Part shown: positions 50,365 through 63,429 of the stretch, piece by piece | Layout: every line of letters starts with the position of its first letter | How positions within the stretch are numbered: position 1 is the first letter of the stretch | Source: Macrostomum lignano | Taxonomy: Eukaryota | Length of the DNA stretch: 64,000 nucleotides | Assembly: GCA_002269645.1 (NCBI GenBank) | Contig: NIVC01000152.1 | Span: 372,001-436,000 of the forward strand | Direction: 5' to 3' | Program-made: the position numbers and the translations under genes | The notes under the pieces: generated by a model | The model's database searches: none | What the model saw: the letters and a program-made list of their open reading frames with translations, nothing else | What the model was told of the DNA's origin: nothing

Positions 50365-52373
50365 CTTCCTCCTGTCCATCTTCGCCCGGCTTAACTAGAC
50401 GCAGACAGGGACCGCCCAGAGTCAGCAATCTGGGCACAGCGGATTTGCTAAAGTCCAATCGCAACATTAAATACGGGCCGAGCTGGCAGTCCTGAGCCGA
50501 CGGAACCGAAGCCGATCGACGCGACGCGGATTTGCAGGCCACCTCAAGAGTGCTCAAAGCGCCAATAGTGATGCGCTGCCTGCGAGGGTGCAAGGGGAAT
50601 CGAACTCTGCTGCTAGGAGGTTTCTATGAGGATTTGAACATTTCGCGATCAAGAATGTGACAGACCCGTGGATAAAAGATTCTAGAATTACTCGTAAACA
50701 TCTAGGGATGTTGAAGCTTATTGGTTAAGGACATGCAGAAATGTTAGCAAAGGTTAGGGACATGTAGGGATGCTAGTGAAGCTTATTGGTTAGGAAAATG
50801 CAGGGATGTTAGAGAAGCTTATTGGTCAGGGACATGTAGGGATGTTAGTGAAGCTTATTGGTTAGGGACATGTAGGGATGTTAGTGAAGCTTATTGGTCA
50901 GGGACATGTAGGGATGTTAGTGAAGCTTATTGGTCAGGGACATGTAGGGATGTTAGTGAAGCTTATTGGTTAGGGACATGTAGGGATGTTAGTGAAGCTT
51001 ATTGGTCAGGGACATGTAGGGATGTTAGTGAAGCTTATTGGTTAGGGACATGTAGGGATGTTAGTGAAGCTTATTGGTCAGGGACATGTAGGGATGTTAG
51101 TGAAGCTTATTGGTTAAGGACACGGAGGGATGGAAGAATATTGCGTAGGCAGATGTACGGATCAAATACTTGGGAATGGATTCCGCAAGCGGCGGCTACA
51201 GCTAACGCACCGGACAGACAGGGCGGGCTCGCTAGCCGAGTGCAGCTCGGTGGCCAGCCTGGCTAGACCGTACAGCCGGCGCCAATGGACCTGTTCAATT
51301 GCCCAGGCTGACAGCATGCCGCTGAGGCGGTCCTTGCGCAGCCTAGCCAGGGCGTCAATCTGCATGGCCACGTCAGTGACGTGCTGCCTGGCGATCTCCG
51401 TCGCCCGTTTGAACGCCAGCCGATTGTCGGACACGATTTGCTCGGCGCTGCACTTTAAACGACGTTGCGACTCGGCCAGTCGGTCTCGACTCTCGGCCAG
51501 CTGGATAGAGCGCTTGCGCAGAGCGGCCGATCTGGCTGACATGTTCGTCAGGCAGTTGGACAGTGTCCCGGCCAGTTTTTCGACTTTCTTTTGTCGACAG
51601 TGCGGACAGGAACCCAAGCGGAAGCACTCCTGGCTGCAAAGCGGCTTGCTGCAGCTGACGCACAGCAGGATAACTGACCAGTTCGGGTGCAGGCTGCAGG
51701 CCAGCTGCGGGGGCCGCGGATCTGGCAAGTGCTGCACCTGGCCGTTGCAGTTCTGCGGGATTGGGCGCGGGGAGAGATGGTTTTGTAACTGGGCCTACTC
51801 ACACACTCTATAGTTTTACTTTCGCTAAAGTCTTTAGCAAGGTTTGATCAATAGGTAGCTTTTTGGCGGCTTGGGTATCCAGATTCCAGAAGGTGATTCT
51901 GGATACCTGAAGGTTGAGGTTCAATTCTCGACAAGAGCTAATAGGACTTTGATGGGCGCATTAAGGTCACAAAAATACAGGTACACTCAATCGCGCACAT
52001 CGTAGACGTGAGCGGCCAGCCGATTGCGGCACATGCGCAGATTGCACTTGTCACAATAGGCCACAACAGGGAAGCGCTGATCGTTGGGCTGGTGCACTCT
52101 GTGGCAGGACTTGCAGGAGCAGAGGCTGTCAGCAGGCAGCGGGGTGAGCATTACGGCTGGATTGTCAAGCAGACGGCGGCTCACCAGACCGCAGTCAGGC
52201 TTGGGACAGATCCACTCAGTGGTAGCGGCACCGGCTGAGCAACAGGTTTTGCACACAGGGTGCAGACAGGTGTGCAGCAGGTGCGCCGCTTGCTGATTGG
52301 TGCAGCCACGTTTGCAGCAGCTGCGATAGGCGTCCAGACGGTTTGCGTTAGCTGCAGGTTGAGCACTGCTCAT
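50365..52373 (-). CDS. TRIM/RBCC-like protein (RING, two B-box-like motifs, coiled coil); exons 51999-52373, 51211-51752, 50365-50609; 3' end uncertain
   Basis: C3HC4-like CCKRGC...TCLHPVCKTC...CPKPDC. B-box-like CKSC...AYCDKCNLRMC...H and CSLHPNWSVILLCVSCSKPLCSQEC, followed by a heptad-like helix. Phases 0, 2 and 1 are consistent, but the donors are weak (gtgcgc, gtgcgt). Confidence 0.6.
50740..51125. repeat. 36-bp tandem repeat (GGGACATGTAGGGATGTTAGTGAAGCTTATTGGTCA), ~10 copies, intronic
   Basis: Direct periodicity. Confidence 0.92.
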
Positions 52374-53725
52374 ACCGGCTTTGAGCTCTGAAAAAAGACC
52401 AACGGTATAAACGAGCTTAAATAGACTGGGTTTAGAATTGGAATTCAGCACTGACTTCTAAGCAGTCACAGTGTTGATATTAAGGTGAAAAAACTTTTTA
52501 TATAACGTTTCAATAGAATGAAAGTCAAAGATATCTGAGTATCTGATAAATTGGCACTTCAGGAGAGGTTTAAATAGATATAGTAAAGAGCTGCATTAAG
52601 CACCAACTCGTGACAAAAATACGAGTGTATCAAGATTTACTATACTCGCTACTGTATGCAAACCTATAGCAGTAATACACTCATAATATCAGCGTTAAAA
52701 TAGTTTTTTTCTAAAAATTCAACTCGTCTTCTACCGTACTAAACTGTTAATTAGTATAACAGCATACAAACTTCACACCGAGGGTAAATGAAAAGTCAAA
52801 ATGACAGTCGACAATAGCCCACTAGCCAGTTGGATTGTGAAGAAAATGCACTACTAATCATACTAAGAGTAGTAGTTAATGGATTTCCCCAGCTACTGCC
52901 TATACCATCTACACCAAATTGCCAAACATAAAGCCTATGGCTGGGCTTCCAGATCTGATCCCTGAGCAGAAAATTGCAGACAACAGTGGCGCAGAGTGCA
53001 GAGCCTCTCCTAAAGGCCCAAGATGATGATTTATCAGCAGTTTATACTAATATATCTGTCCATTTGAGAGCATCTGAGAAAATATAACTAGATGCAAGCA
53101 AGCTTGCCTTGGAGTGGAATTGAATAGCTAGGATCTGGAAGCTTGGAAGCTGGCATGACTATATAATTACTATACTGCTTATCACAGTCAGACTTTGCAG
53201 GCTATAGCCCAGAGTTATTAAGCATATAGTGGTATAGGCTTATGGCCTAGTCCTAAGCTACTACTTGTAAGTACTATATTATATGAATTATAAGTGGGTC
53301 TCTTCAATTGATATTTAATCTGTGAGTTGTTGATAAAATTAAAGATAGTATAGAGCTAGATTATATACTAATATATTATTTGATCTTATATGTATGTAGC
53401 TATATATATAACCTATGCATTTATCATAAAGTATAGAAAAGGCTCTTAGGTCCTTTGAAACTTCACAATGGCAATCTAGCTTACTGAGTATTTGTATTCT
53501 TTCTAATCTTTTATCTTGACTTTTTTTAGATTAATTAATAAAATTTAAATAATCAGTTTTGACTTAAGTTCATACCATAAGATATTTAGTTTTTTATAGG
53601 AAAAAACGAGGCCAACTAATTGTAAATTCAAACTGCAAAATATAAACTATTTTATTTATAGTATAAATAATAGTATACCTTACTTTATCTATATATTCTT
53701 ATTCTATTAGAAAATATATCTTTGG

Positions 53726-54120
53726 TAGGGGTATTGCCAACAGGGGGGACAGGGGGGGCATATCCCCTCTAGTAAAAGATATGGGAGAGACATACTAATG
53801 CTTTGTCCCTCCCACTCCCACCTAGTGGCCCATTGTGAAATCAATAATTTTTTGCTGCATGGCAATAAAATAGCACCTGCAATACTAAAATGAGTGTTTG
53901 CGGCACTAAAATTAGTGCCTGTGGCATTAAAATAATGCTTGTGGTACTAAAAGAAGTGCATGTGGCACTAAAATGAGTGCTTATAGTGATAAAATAAGTG
54001 CTAACAATACCACTTCTAAAAATAATATGCGTATAGGAATTTTGTCATGTATATATACATGTAGAATTCTTGACTTTGTCTCCTCCTACTCCTACCATAA
54101 AATCCATAGTGATGCGCCTG
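53726..54120. mobile_element. Old hAT-type MITE with decayed copies of the 21-bp repeat
   Basis: Decayed TIRs (TAGGGGTATTGCCA / TAGTGATGCGCCTG) and flanks ATCTTTGG/ATCTTTAG (7/8). Internal CACTAAAATGAGTG-like units at ~53870-54000. Confidence 0.55.
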
Positions 54121-56759
54121 ATCTTTAGAGATAATATATTATATTCCTAGGCTAACATATCATAAGGCCTATATCTTATATGTTTAAAACCTTTTTATAT
54201 TTTATCTAGTCAATATATTTTTCTGATAAAAATGCTAAATAGGCCCTAGTTATACTTAGAATCATTTTTGTATGTATTTATATGTTTTATTTTATTTATT
54301 GAGTGTTTTTTCTTGTATATTACATTATAACTTATTATGCTTAATTGAATAGGCCTAGTTTTATGATATACTTGCCTTGGCTATTTTGTCACTTGACTAA
54401 ATTAACTAAGTTAGATATATTGTATATGTATGAATATAGGCCCTAATAATAATTGCAAGGCTAAAGTAATACAATATTATATATTTTGATAGGCCCTATA
54501 TTTTTTGGATATTTAAATAGTTCTATGCGTATATGTCGTATGACTATAGCTAGGGACTTCAGTGAGTTATAAGAAGTGCGTGCCAATGGCAAAAAAGTAA
54601 GAAAAAAGTCCAATTTTTCAAGGGCGATTTTAAAGAAACTATAGAAGCCAGGATGAAAGTAAAATATGCATTTAAAAGGTAAAAAGGAGCTCTTTCAAAT
54701 GACACCAACTGCAAGTCTAGCTTTGTTATACTTTTTGCACTGTCTATTTTTAAAGTTGACCATTTTTTAGGAGGAATATAAAATTGAAGCCAAAATGAAT
54801 AAAAAAACAGTGGTTCAGAAAATGCTTTTTCTTAGCTGCAATGTGTTTCTTATAATGGAAACAAAGGTTTTATAGTGTAAAGGGATAATTTAGAAACATT
54901 TTTCTGGTGTTAAAAAAAATTTTTTTTTCTTTTAATGCCCATATGGCTCTATGCAAAATTTCAAATCCAAAATTTTCCATGAAATCCTTTTCCTGCATTG
55001 TTTCTCTTTATATTTTTCATTACCTATTGACAATACAAGCACAGTAAAAAAAACCGCTTGCCAATAGCTATAGGCGCAAAAATTTTGTGGAGGTTTCTTT
55101 TTTTGATACGTTTACATGTAAAATACCCATTGAAACGTGTATTTCGTGTTTTTTGTGAGACTCTGCCTTCCGGCAAACTAGTTCTCTGTGTCATTTAACT
55201 AATTCTGCTATGCTGAACACGATAGGCAAAACCGTTTTTTAATAAACCCATGCGCAAAGCCTGTACAGCACATTACATTGCAGTTGGGGTGTCTGTCATG
55301 CATTAAAAATTTAGGGCAAGAAGTAGAATAGTATTATAGTAGGTAAAAACCTGAACAAAATGACACTAGCCTTGTATAAATTAAGCAAGCAGAACAGATG
55401 CTATTGTATTTTTAAAATTGCAATCATTGCGTATCTGGTTAAAATAGTCAAAATTTCATACACCCATCCTGTTTCAATTAGCTTAGCAACTTGGGCATAT
55501 AAAATAATATTAAAATATATAATTCATACAATTAACACTAAAAAACTGAACAAAATGACACTAAGCACAGTCATTTTGGTTGGCTAGAAAATTAATTACA
55601 AGTGTTCAAAGACAAAAAGCCAACTTTTTGGCCAAAAATGATCACAAACCGTAATGTAAAAATTCCATTGGCTAAAGGCACAAATCGGGGTTACTAAAAT
55701 AGCTGTAGTTTCCTTATTACTCAACCAAATCACTAAAGTTTGGCCATTTTGGAAATGGGAAAGTAAGATCTATCTAGTGAAATAGCAGCCTATAACAATT
55801 TCTGAAATTTAATTTTCTCACTGAAGTGCCTACTATAGCTTATAAAAGTGGAATATAAGGCCTATAAGCTAGAAGTTTTTGAGTTATTATTATATTATAT
55901 AGGCCTATACGTATACTACTATAATAGTCTATGTTAAGTCCAATATTCAATATATGTGGCACATGACCCAGAGTTGCATTAATTGTTAGTTGTTAAAACT
56001 AAAAGTAGGGCCTAAGTCGCATGGCCGACCAAATTTTGGAGGTTGCACATGTATGATAGCATTACTACTAGCAATGGTTCCTTGATAAACTAATAGTGAT
56101 AAATTTGATAGATGCAATGATAGCCACAGAAAAATATTAAAGTTTTGTATTATATGTAATTAGTTTCAAATCTATTATAGCCTGCCTGAGCCTCCTATCA
56201 GTGTTTATAAATATTAATATGATTGATTAAACATATTAGTTAATATTACAATAGCTATTTCCCTATTAAGTTGATAATTAATGGTATAGAGAGAAAGAGT
56301 AAATATAGGGCCTAACAGAGATTCAATGCTGTGGCCATCTTCGTGTGTGCTGTGTGGCCTTGCCTGAAGTGGAAAGGCAGCTTTGCAATGTAGAAAGGGG
56401 GAAAACAGAGGGCAGAATCGTTTTTTCTGAAGCAGCTGAGTACATCTCCAGGAGCCTATCACTTATCAGTATCACTTAAGCCTATCGATTTCATAGCTGG
56501 CCAGGCCTATCGCTAGGGTAGGGCGTAAGGCGTATGAAAATTATAAAAGTCACGCTTTACGATCTTTCTTTCCAGGAAAATATTGTATTCAAACCAGTAA
56601 ATTGTTTTTATTTAGGCAAAAATGGACATTGAGCAATATTTGACGAGCTCACAGTAATTTTCATATAGATCAAGACCACTGACAACGCTTCTGATTGCCA
56701 AACCAAGGAGTTCTATAATTAGAATCTGGAGTGGAAGCAAAGAAAGAGTAGTCAAAAAT

Positions 56760-56990
56760 ATTTTACCACTGAGGCAGACATGCATGTGTCAGACGAGATG
56801 TGCACGGAAGGTCATGATGCGAAAGAAGGAATCGTCAGTGCATTTTTCAACTGCATGATGAAAAATCTGGTCAAAGACATTTCGGTTGGTGGAGCTGGGG
56901 CTCGAAATAAGCGAAAGTCGGCTAAACTTTCTAGTGCTAGCTCAAATGCTAAGTGCAGTGCTAGTAACTTTGTTTTGTGTCGATGACAAG
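56760..56990 (+). pseudogene. Possible C-terminal remnant of a second P-like transposase
   Basis: CTEGH...IVSAFFNCMMKNLVK...RNKRKSAKL resembles the end of the transposase in this window (LANTFFKGLVRK...RRLRKL). Short match only. Confidence 0.3.
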
Positions 56991-57432
56991 TAATACAACT
57001 TCTCTCTGAGATGCCACTGCTCTGACAAATCTAACCTGCTCACTTCCGTTTTGTGTACATTTTGTATACACGTTCTACGTTTTCATTTTATACTCGTTTT
57101 TCGTTTTTATTTGAATAAAAAACACTAGCCAGCAAAAATTCCGTCGCTTCATTTCTCAGTTTGACAGATTCCACAGAAAGCAAAAGTCATAAAAATCAAT
57201 AAGAAAAACTGGCCACTTGAGGTAACGGGTATTTCTTCGCTTCCACGAAAGAGGGTTGGCCTCTTCTATCTCTCTGTCATTCTATATAGGCGTACATTCA
57301 ACTCTCCAACCATGCACGCGCCAACCCCCCATTGACTAATATTTAAATACACGCATTGGCATTCACTCGTATTAGGACTTTGCTATCGGTATCGATCCAA
57401 CAAACTCACACGCCTTGTCAGGGTTCCTACAG

Positions 57433-57500
57433 TGGCGTCGCAAGCAGGATACGAACCTGCGCGGGGAAACCCCATTGGATTTCCAATCCAACGCCAAACC
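57433..57500 (-). pseudogene. tRNA-Ser-derived sequence with encoded CCA at the PBS position
   Basis: Minus strand reads GGCGTTGGATTGGAAATCCAATGGGGTTTCCCCGCGCAGGTTCGTATCCTGCTTGCGACG-CCA, covering the anticodon arm, long variable arm, T arm and 3' acceptor strand. The 5' part is missing. Confidence 0.85.
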
Positions 57501-57589
57501 TCGACGCTAGCATCGGCGAAGACGTTTTTGGCCTTGCAAAGACAGCAGCTACCCAGCAGACGTCTCGTTAACTGTCGAAATCGGAGACT

Positions 57590-60380
57590 GTAAGCTACCG
57601 ATGATGGTGGACAGCGGAGCCAGCTGCAGTATCATGAACATCAACACATTCCGACAGCTGGGCGATCAGCGAATTCGAACCACCAAGGTAAAAGTTCATG
57701 CATAATGGAACGCCCGAACCTCTCAAAATCATCGGTACTGCGAGCTTAGGCATCAAAATAGGTACCGCTAGCGCAACTGTGCCCTTCCACGTTCTCGACG
57801 ACGACGGTCTAACGATACTCGGACGCCAAGCTGCCTTTGAGCTAGGAATCCTGCATATCCAGCTGCCAATTCTCAGCCAGACAGAAGATGTCAACTCCAA
57901 CGTCAAAGCTGCCGAGGGGTGTGAAAGCCAGAACATTCAGGACATCTTGCATCAGCACAAAAAGTATTTGACGGAATTGGATGCATCAAAGGCGTGCAGG
58001 TCGAAGTTCAGCTGTCAGACAACGCGGCCCCGGTGTGTCATCCGCCAGCCCGAGTTGCAGCGCATCTCCGAGAATCTGTCATCAAGGAGCTGAAAGACTT
58101 AGAAAGGCAAGATATCATCGAGCCAGTAAAAGGACCCTGCGCGTGGGTGGCCCGCATGGTAGTAGTTTCAAAGGACGATGGCGGAGTCCGAATCTGCCAG
58201 GACCTGCGCAACCTAAACGCCTATGTCATCTCTGAAAAGCAACAAATACCGACATTGGACGAGTTTACCGAGGAGATGTCCGGAGCCTAGCTGTTCAGCG
58301 AGCTAGATATTCGTAAAGCCTTCTACCAGATCTCAGTGCACGAGAACAGCCGACACCTTTTCACATTCAGCACGCCACTCGGACTAATGCGTCTCAAAAG
58401 ACTGAGTTTACGAATGCATCAGAAATCCTACAAAGAGTCATGCTCGGCGTGCTCAGCGGAATCGATGGTGTTCGTTGGGTCCACGACGACGTCATCGTAT
58501 ACGCTTCGGATTTGCAAGAGTACTGCAAAAGACTCGAAGCCTGTCTGCAGCGTTTTGAAGAATTCGGCATTACGCTAAATAAAGAAAAGTGCAAATTCGC
58601 CGTCCCCGCTGTCAAGTTCCTGGGAATGCGCCTATCTGCAAAAGGAGTGCAGTCTGCTAATGAGAAGATCGAAGCTATGAAGCACTTCAGACAGCCGACC
58701 AACGTATCCGAAGTTCGCTCGTTACTAGGCACAGCAAACTTTCTGGCAAAATTCATACCTAACTTCGCTGATGTCTCCGCACCGCTGCGCAGATTAACAA
58801 AGAAAGGGGAGACATTCGAGTGGTCTGCCAGCCACTCAAAAGCCTTCGAAGAGATCAAATCGATCATCTGTAAGGAAGAAACTCTTGCCTTTTTCGACCG
58901 CAAACACCAACACAGAGCTTGTAGTTGACGCATCGCCAATCGGACTTGGTGCGATTCTGACACAAAAGCAGACGGACGGAATCTGCAGACCAGTGGCTTA
59001 CGCCAGCAGAGCGCTGTCACAAGTTGAGCAGCGGTACGCCCAGATTGAGCGGGAGGCGCTGGCTATCAAATTTGGCTGCTTGAAGTTCGAAAACTACCTG
59101 GCTGGTGATCCAAGTTTTACAGTGGTGACCGACCACCGACCGCTCCTGCCACTCTTCAGACCGGGTTCCCGCCCGCCACCACGGATTGAACGCATGGTTC
59201 TTCGGATTCAACACCTCCGCTTCAACTTGGTGTACAGACCGGGGCCGTCCAACCCAGCTGATCTACTAAGCCGCCAACCGCTTCCAGAGCTCAGGAAAAA
59301 CTGGGGAGAGGTCTTCGAGACCGCATACGTCAACGCGTATCAACAGGAGCCGTGCCAAAAGGTTTCAGTGCGGAACAAATCCGAGACGCAGCAAAGACAG
59401 ACTCAGGAATTCAAGCCGCGCTGAGCGCCATCAAGACAGGAAACTGGAGCACACACGATTCGGTACAACGCGCACTAAAAGCCATCAGCAGCGAGCTGAC
59501 AGAAGACAATGGAATGCTACTTCGAGGAGACCTAATTGTCGTCCCAGAGTCACTACGGAGACCAATTTTGCAATTGGCCCACACCGGACATCTTGGTGCC
59601 GATCGAACACTCAAGTGTCTGCAGACCAAAGTCTGGTGGCCAGGGATGCGCAGCGATTGTGATGTCTTCGTGAAATGCTACATTCCTTGTCAAGCGTCGG
59701 ACACTCTTACCAATCAGACACCTTTGAGACCGACAAAGTTACCCGAGGGTCCCTGGCAGCAACTTGGAATGGACTTCTTCGGACCTGTTCAAGGCCAAAT
59801 GCTTCTAATCACCACGGGCCTGTATTCTAAATACCCGGAGATCAACATTTTGAGCTCGACAAAAGCAGAGAGTGTAAAACCGCATCTGAGGAGACTTTTC
59901 AGCAGGCACGGCGTTCCAGTCGAAGTCGTGACAGACAACGGGCCTCCTTTCAGTTCGGCCGATTTTCGTAGCTTTCTAGCCGACTTCGGAGTCCATCATC
60001 GCCTCATCTGCCTGCTGCATCCGGAGTCCAATGGGGCCACCGAGCGCCTCAATCGAAGCATCGGCAAAGCAGTGAAAACCGCAGTTTCTGAAGGTCGCAA
60101 TTGGAGAGAAGCCATCGAAGACTGGCTGCTGGCTATCCGCACGACACTACACAGGGCTACCGGACGCACTCCTGCAGAGCTTCTAATGGGCAGAAAAATC
60201 AACGACGGAATCCCGACTAGCAAACCGTTCGTTCCAACAGCCGGTGAGGTCCACGACACTGTTAGAGCCTGGAATCGCAAGTATGCCGACAGCATGAAGC
60301 AGCAATTTGACACGCGCAACGCAGTGAAGGATCACAGCATTCAACCCGGCAGCCAACAACAGACGCGAAACAAACTGTAA
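57590..60380 (+). pseudogene. Gypsy pol (protease-RT-RNase H-integrase) with frameshifts and a stop
   Basis: MVDSGAS (protease). LDIRKAFYQ and VHDDVIVY (RT). VDASPIGLGA, YAQIEREALA and TDHRPL (RNase H). GHLG...WWPGM, MDFFGP, TDNGPPF and SNGATER (integrase). Confidence 0.92.
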
Positions 60381-61025
60381 CTGGCTTACGAGCCTCTGCC
60401 ATGGATGGTAAAGGAAGTTCGAGGAGACACCTGCATCTTAGAGCGAGGGCGACAGTCATGCATGCGCCATGTAACACACCTGCGACCTATCAGCCAACCT
60501 GCCTCTGCCGGCCAGCCTGCCTCTGCCGGCCAGCCTGTGTCTGCCGGCCAGCCCGCCGGCCAGAGGGATTTCCTAGCCTTCAGGAGGCATCAACGTGAGG
60601 CTAAAGAGGGGCCGAAAATTTATAAATGACAAACGCTGTTTGAATCACAAACTGAACTGACAACAACAATATTATTTTTATTCCCGTCAACTGATTTACT
60701 GACAATAACAATATTTTTTTATTTCCGTCAGCTGTTTTTTTATTCCTCATCACTTTTTCCTTAGGGGGGAAGAATTGTAGTCTTGCGCCTTAGCAGTTCT
60801 CAGTGTTGTATATACTATAGCTATTGAGTATTTGTGTGCATTACGGGGTTGGCCTCTTTCTATCTCTGTCATTCTATATCGGCGTACATTCAACTTTCTA
60901 ACCATGCACGCGCCAACCCCCCATTGAGTAATATTTAAATACACGCATTGGCATTGACTCGTAATTAGGACTTTGCTATCGGTATCGATCCAAACAAACT
61001 CATACAGCTTGTCAGAGTTCCTACA

Positions 61026-61427
61026 CTCTCCTCTCCCTTTTCCACTCCATTCTCTTCTCCCTTCCCTTCTCTCTCCTCTCCTTCCCTCCTCTCTCTTCTA
61101 TTTTGTCTCCCCTATCCTCATTCATCTCCCCTAGCTCTCCTCTCTCCTCTCCTATTTCATCTCTCGTCCCGTCTACTCTCTTTTCCTGTATTCCTTCGCC
61201 TTCCTTTCTCCTAAGCTCTTTTTTCTCTTCTCTACTCCCTCTCCTCTCTCTCCCTCTTCTGGCCCGCAGTCATCAGGGACTCCTGGGCCCGCAGTCATCA
61301 GGGACTCCTGGGCCCGCAGTCATCAGGGACTCCTGGGCCCGCTTCGCTTAGGGGGCCCCGAAGGGCAATCATGCGCTAGCTAGGTTCTCAATCTGGCCCT
61401 TTAAGGTAAAAAGTTTGCCGACCTCTG
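61026..61427. mobile_element. Right half of the CT-rich hAT-like element (family of 8229-8862), including a 24-bp repeat x3
   Basis: GCAATCATGCGCT...GTTCTCAA.CTGGCC.TTTAAGGTAAAAAGT.TGCCGA is shared with 8803-8862. Confidence 0.6.
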
Positions 61428-63429
61428 CACTACGAGTAAAAGCACTAGGCTTAGGCACATTAACATTAACATAAAACTCTAGTGGAATGGGATTGAGAAC
61501 AACATGAACTATTATTATGTCCATACACGATTGAGGGTGACGGCACCTATACAACCAAGCGGTGATGGGAGGCAGAAAAAGAAAAAGAAGGAAGGCTTGT
61601 CTCTTGAGAAAGGGATCACGAGCTATGTGTATACCACTACCCACTGACAAAATTCTTTATTCTTACATGTACATTGATCTCCAGGGTGTGGATAGCAACG
61701 GTGCCCTCTCGCTCCAGCTTTTTTCCCTTAGCTCCCAAGACTCAGAAAAGCCAAAGCCCACAACCGGCCAACACTAAAATTTGTTTGAATTTAAAATTCA
61801 AAAAGGGCACTTGCAGGATCAAAGGTGAAAGATGGGGGGGGGGGGCCCACGCGCCCCGGTTCCGACACTCCTGGACGCAGATGCTCGGTTAACTTCACCA
61901 GATCTACCGTCTGTACTTTCCACCGAGTAATCCAGATTGAACATGTAGTCAGCAAACCTCTGTCCATACAGTTGCATCTGATCTCGAGTTGTTCAGGCAG
62001 CAAAGCTATTTAATCCGTCGCATCAATTTGGCCGCTCTAAACAGCATCAGTTGAAACGCTTGCATCGGCATTGTCACCGTCTGCGATCTGCAGTTCAGAT
62101 CGCCGAGGGACTCGTCGTCGAGGGATTCTACGGGTAAATGCTTCCAGTTGAGCATCACTGGCTGATGTTTAAGTAATCATTGATCATGAGTAGTCATGAT
62201 CATTGTCTATATCAAAAACCATATAGACAACTTACCAATGTACGAGCTAAGATCCGTTATCCATCATTCGATTTCGATTTACTCGTATTAGCCCCAGAAT
62301 ATGAAGAATGCACGTCAGGTCAAGTGTGACGCAATTCAGTGTATACCAAATATGTAAAAAAACTGGTTAAATGATTCCGATTGTTCAAGTCACTGAAAAG
62401 GCAACAGCCCTATTTTGGTGTCCACAGCCTCCCACGTCTCCCAGTCATGACAATGTCAAAGGTCCGGCTGAGCAACTTTGTTCTTAAGTCTGTCCCTGCT
62501 TTGCCAAAAAAAGTACCTGCACATGCGCTAACGGTTTTATAGACGTCGGTTTGAGAAATCCAGAAATCCAGGAATACAGAAGAGATTCAATGGAATTGTT
62601 CGACACGTTTGTGCAAAAATATACCTAGACATTTTATAAATATCTTGTTTTTACAAGTCAATAGAGCAAAAAACAAGCATGTATGGCTAAAGATGATCAT
62701 TTAATCTGCTTCCAATAAAGAAACGATTGTGCCAAAACTTCCTAGGTTTCATCCATCTCCGTAGTGTACTTTCGAGCAAGTTTTATAGCCATCATTTTTT
62801 AAAGGAACGATTTGAAGTTTAACGCTCTGTTACTCAAGTCGTCGTTGGTTACAATGATAATAAATTGATTTATTTTACATATAGCTGCAGTGTGTCAAGC
62901 TATTGACAGGAAAGGAAAAAAAGCTTTTATAATTGGTTGATGCATTTTGCGAGGCCATTAGCGCAATGTACATTATAGTGACTTGAAATACATCTTATTA
63001 TCTGTGGCGTAGCTAGAGCTTGAAGACAAGCAATATCCAGGGTAGCACTCCTTTTTGGTTTTCGATTTTTTTCGGTTCGATTCCATGTCCCTCTTTGAGG
63101 AGCTGTTGATTATTGTAGCACTTTTCGGCTCCGGCGTCAGCGCCTTCCATTATTTTATGAATAATTTACATGCACATGTACATGTATTGCATTGTAAAAC
63201 GTAAAAAATCATCGCTTCCATATAGACGAGTCACTTTCAGTACAATATTCCCACCAAGAGCGTATAGCCGTATGCAATGGGACGCGAGGGGTCAAGTAGG
63301 TCATGACTACCCCTTCACAAGGCTAATGAGCTGAACTAAAAATTTCCCATGTTTTTCTGTTTATTTTGAAAATATAGAAATCATGGGTTACCACCTCCTG
63401 GATTCCACCTCATGGATTCCACCTCATGG

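Larger units (their letters stand above)
57253..61025 (+). mobile_element. Degenerate Ty3/Gypsy LTR retrotransposon lacking gag; partial 5' LTR ~57253-57431, 3' LTR 60776-61025
   Basis: The two LTR copies are roughly 90% identical by eye and end in TTCCTACA. A polypurine tract (AGGGGGGAAGAA) precedes TGTAG. The PBS starts with TGG at 57433. Confidence 0.9.

Noticed and set aside
54550-55760. Region resembling a decayed DNA-transposon interior
   Set aside because: No TIRs, TSD or coding motif could be demonstrated.
61682-61873. Possible small MITE (CAGGGTGT...ACACTCCTG)
   Set aside because: The inverted match is weak and there is no target-site duplication.
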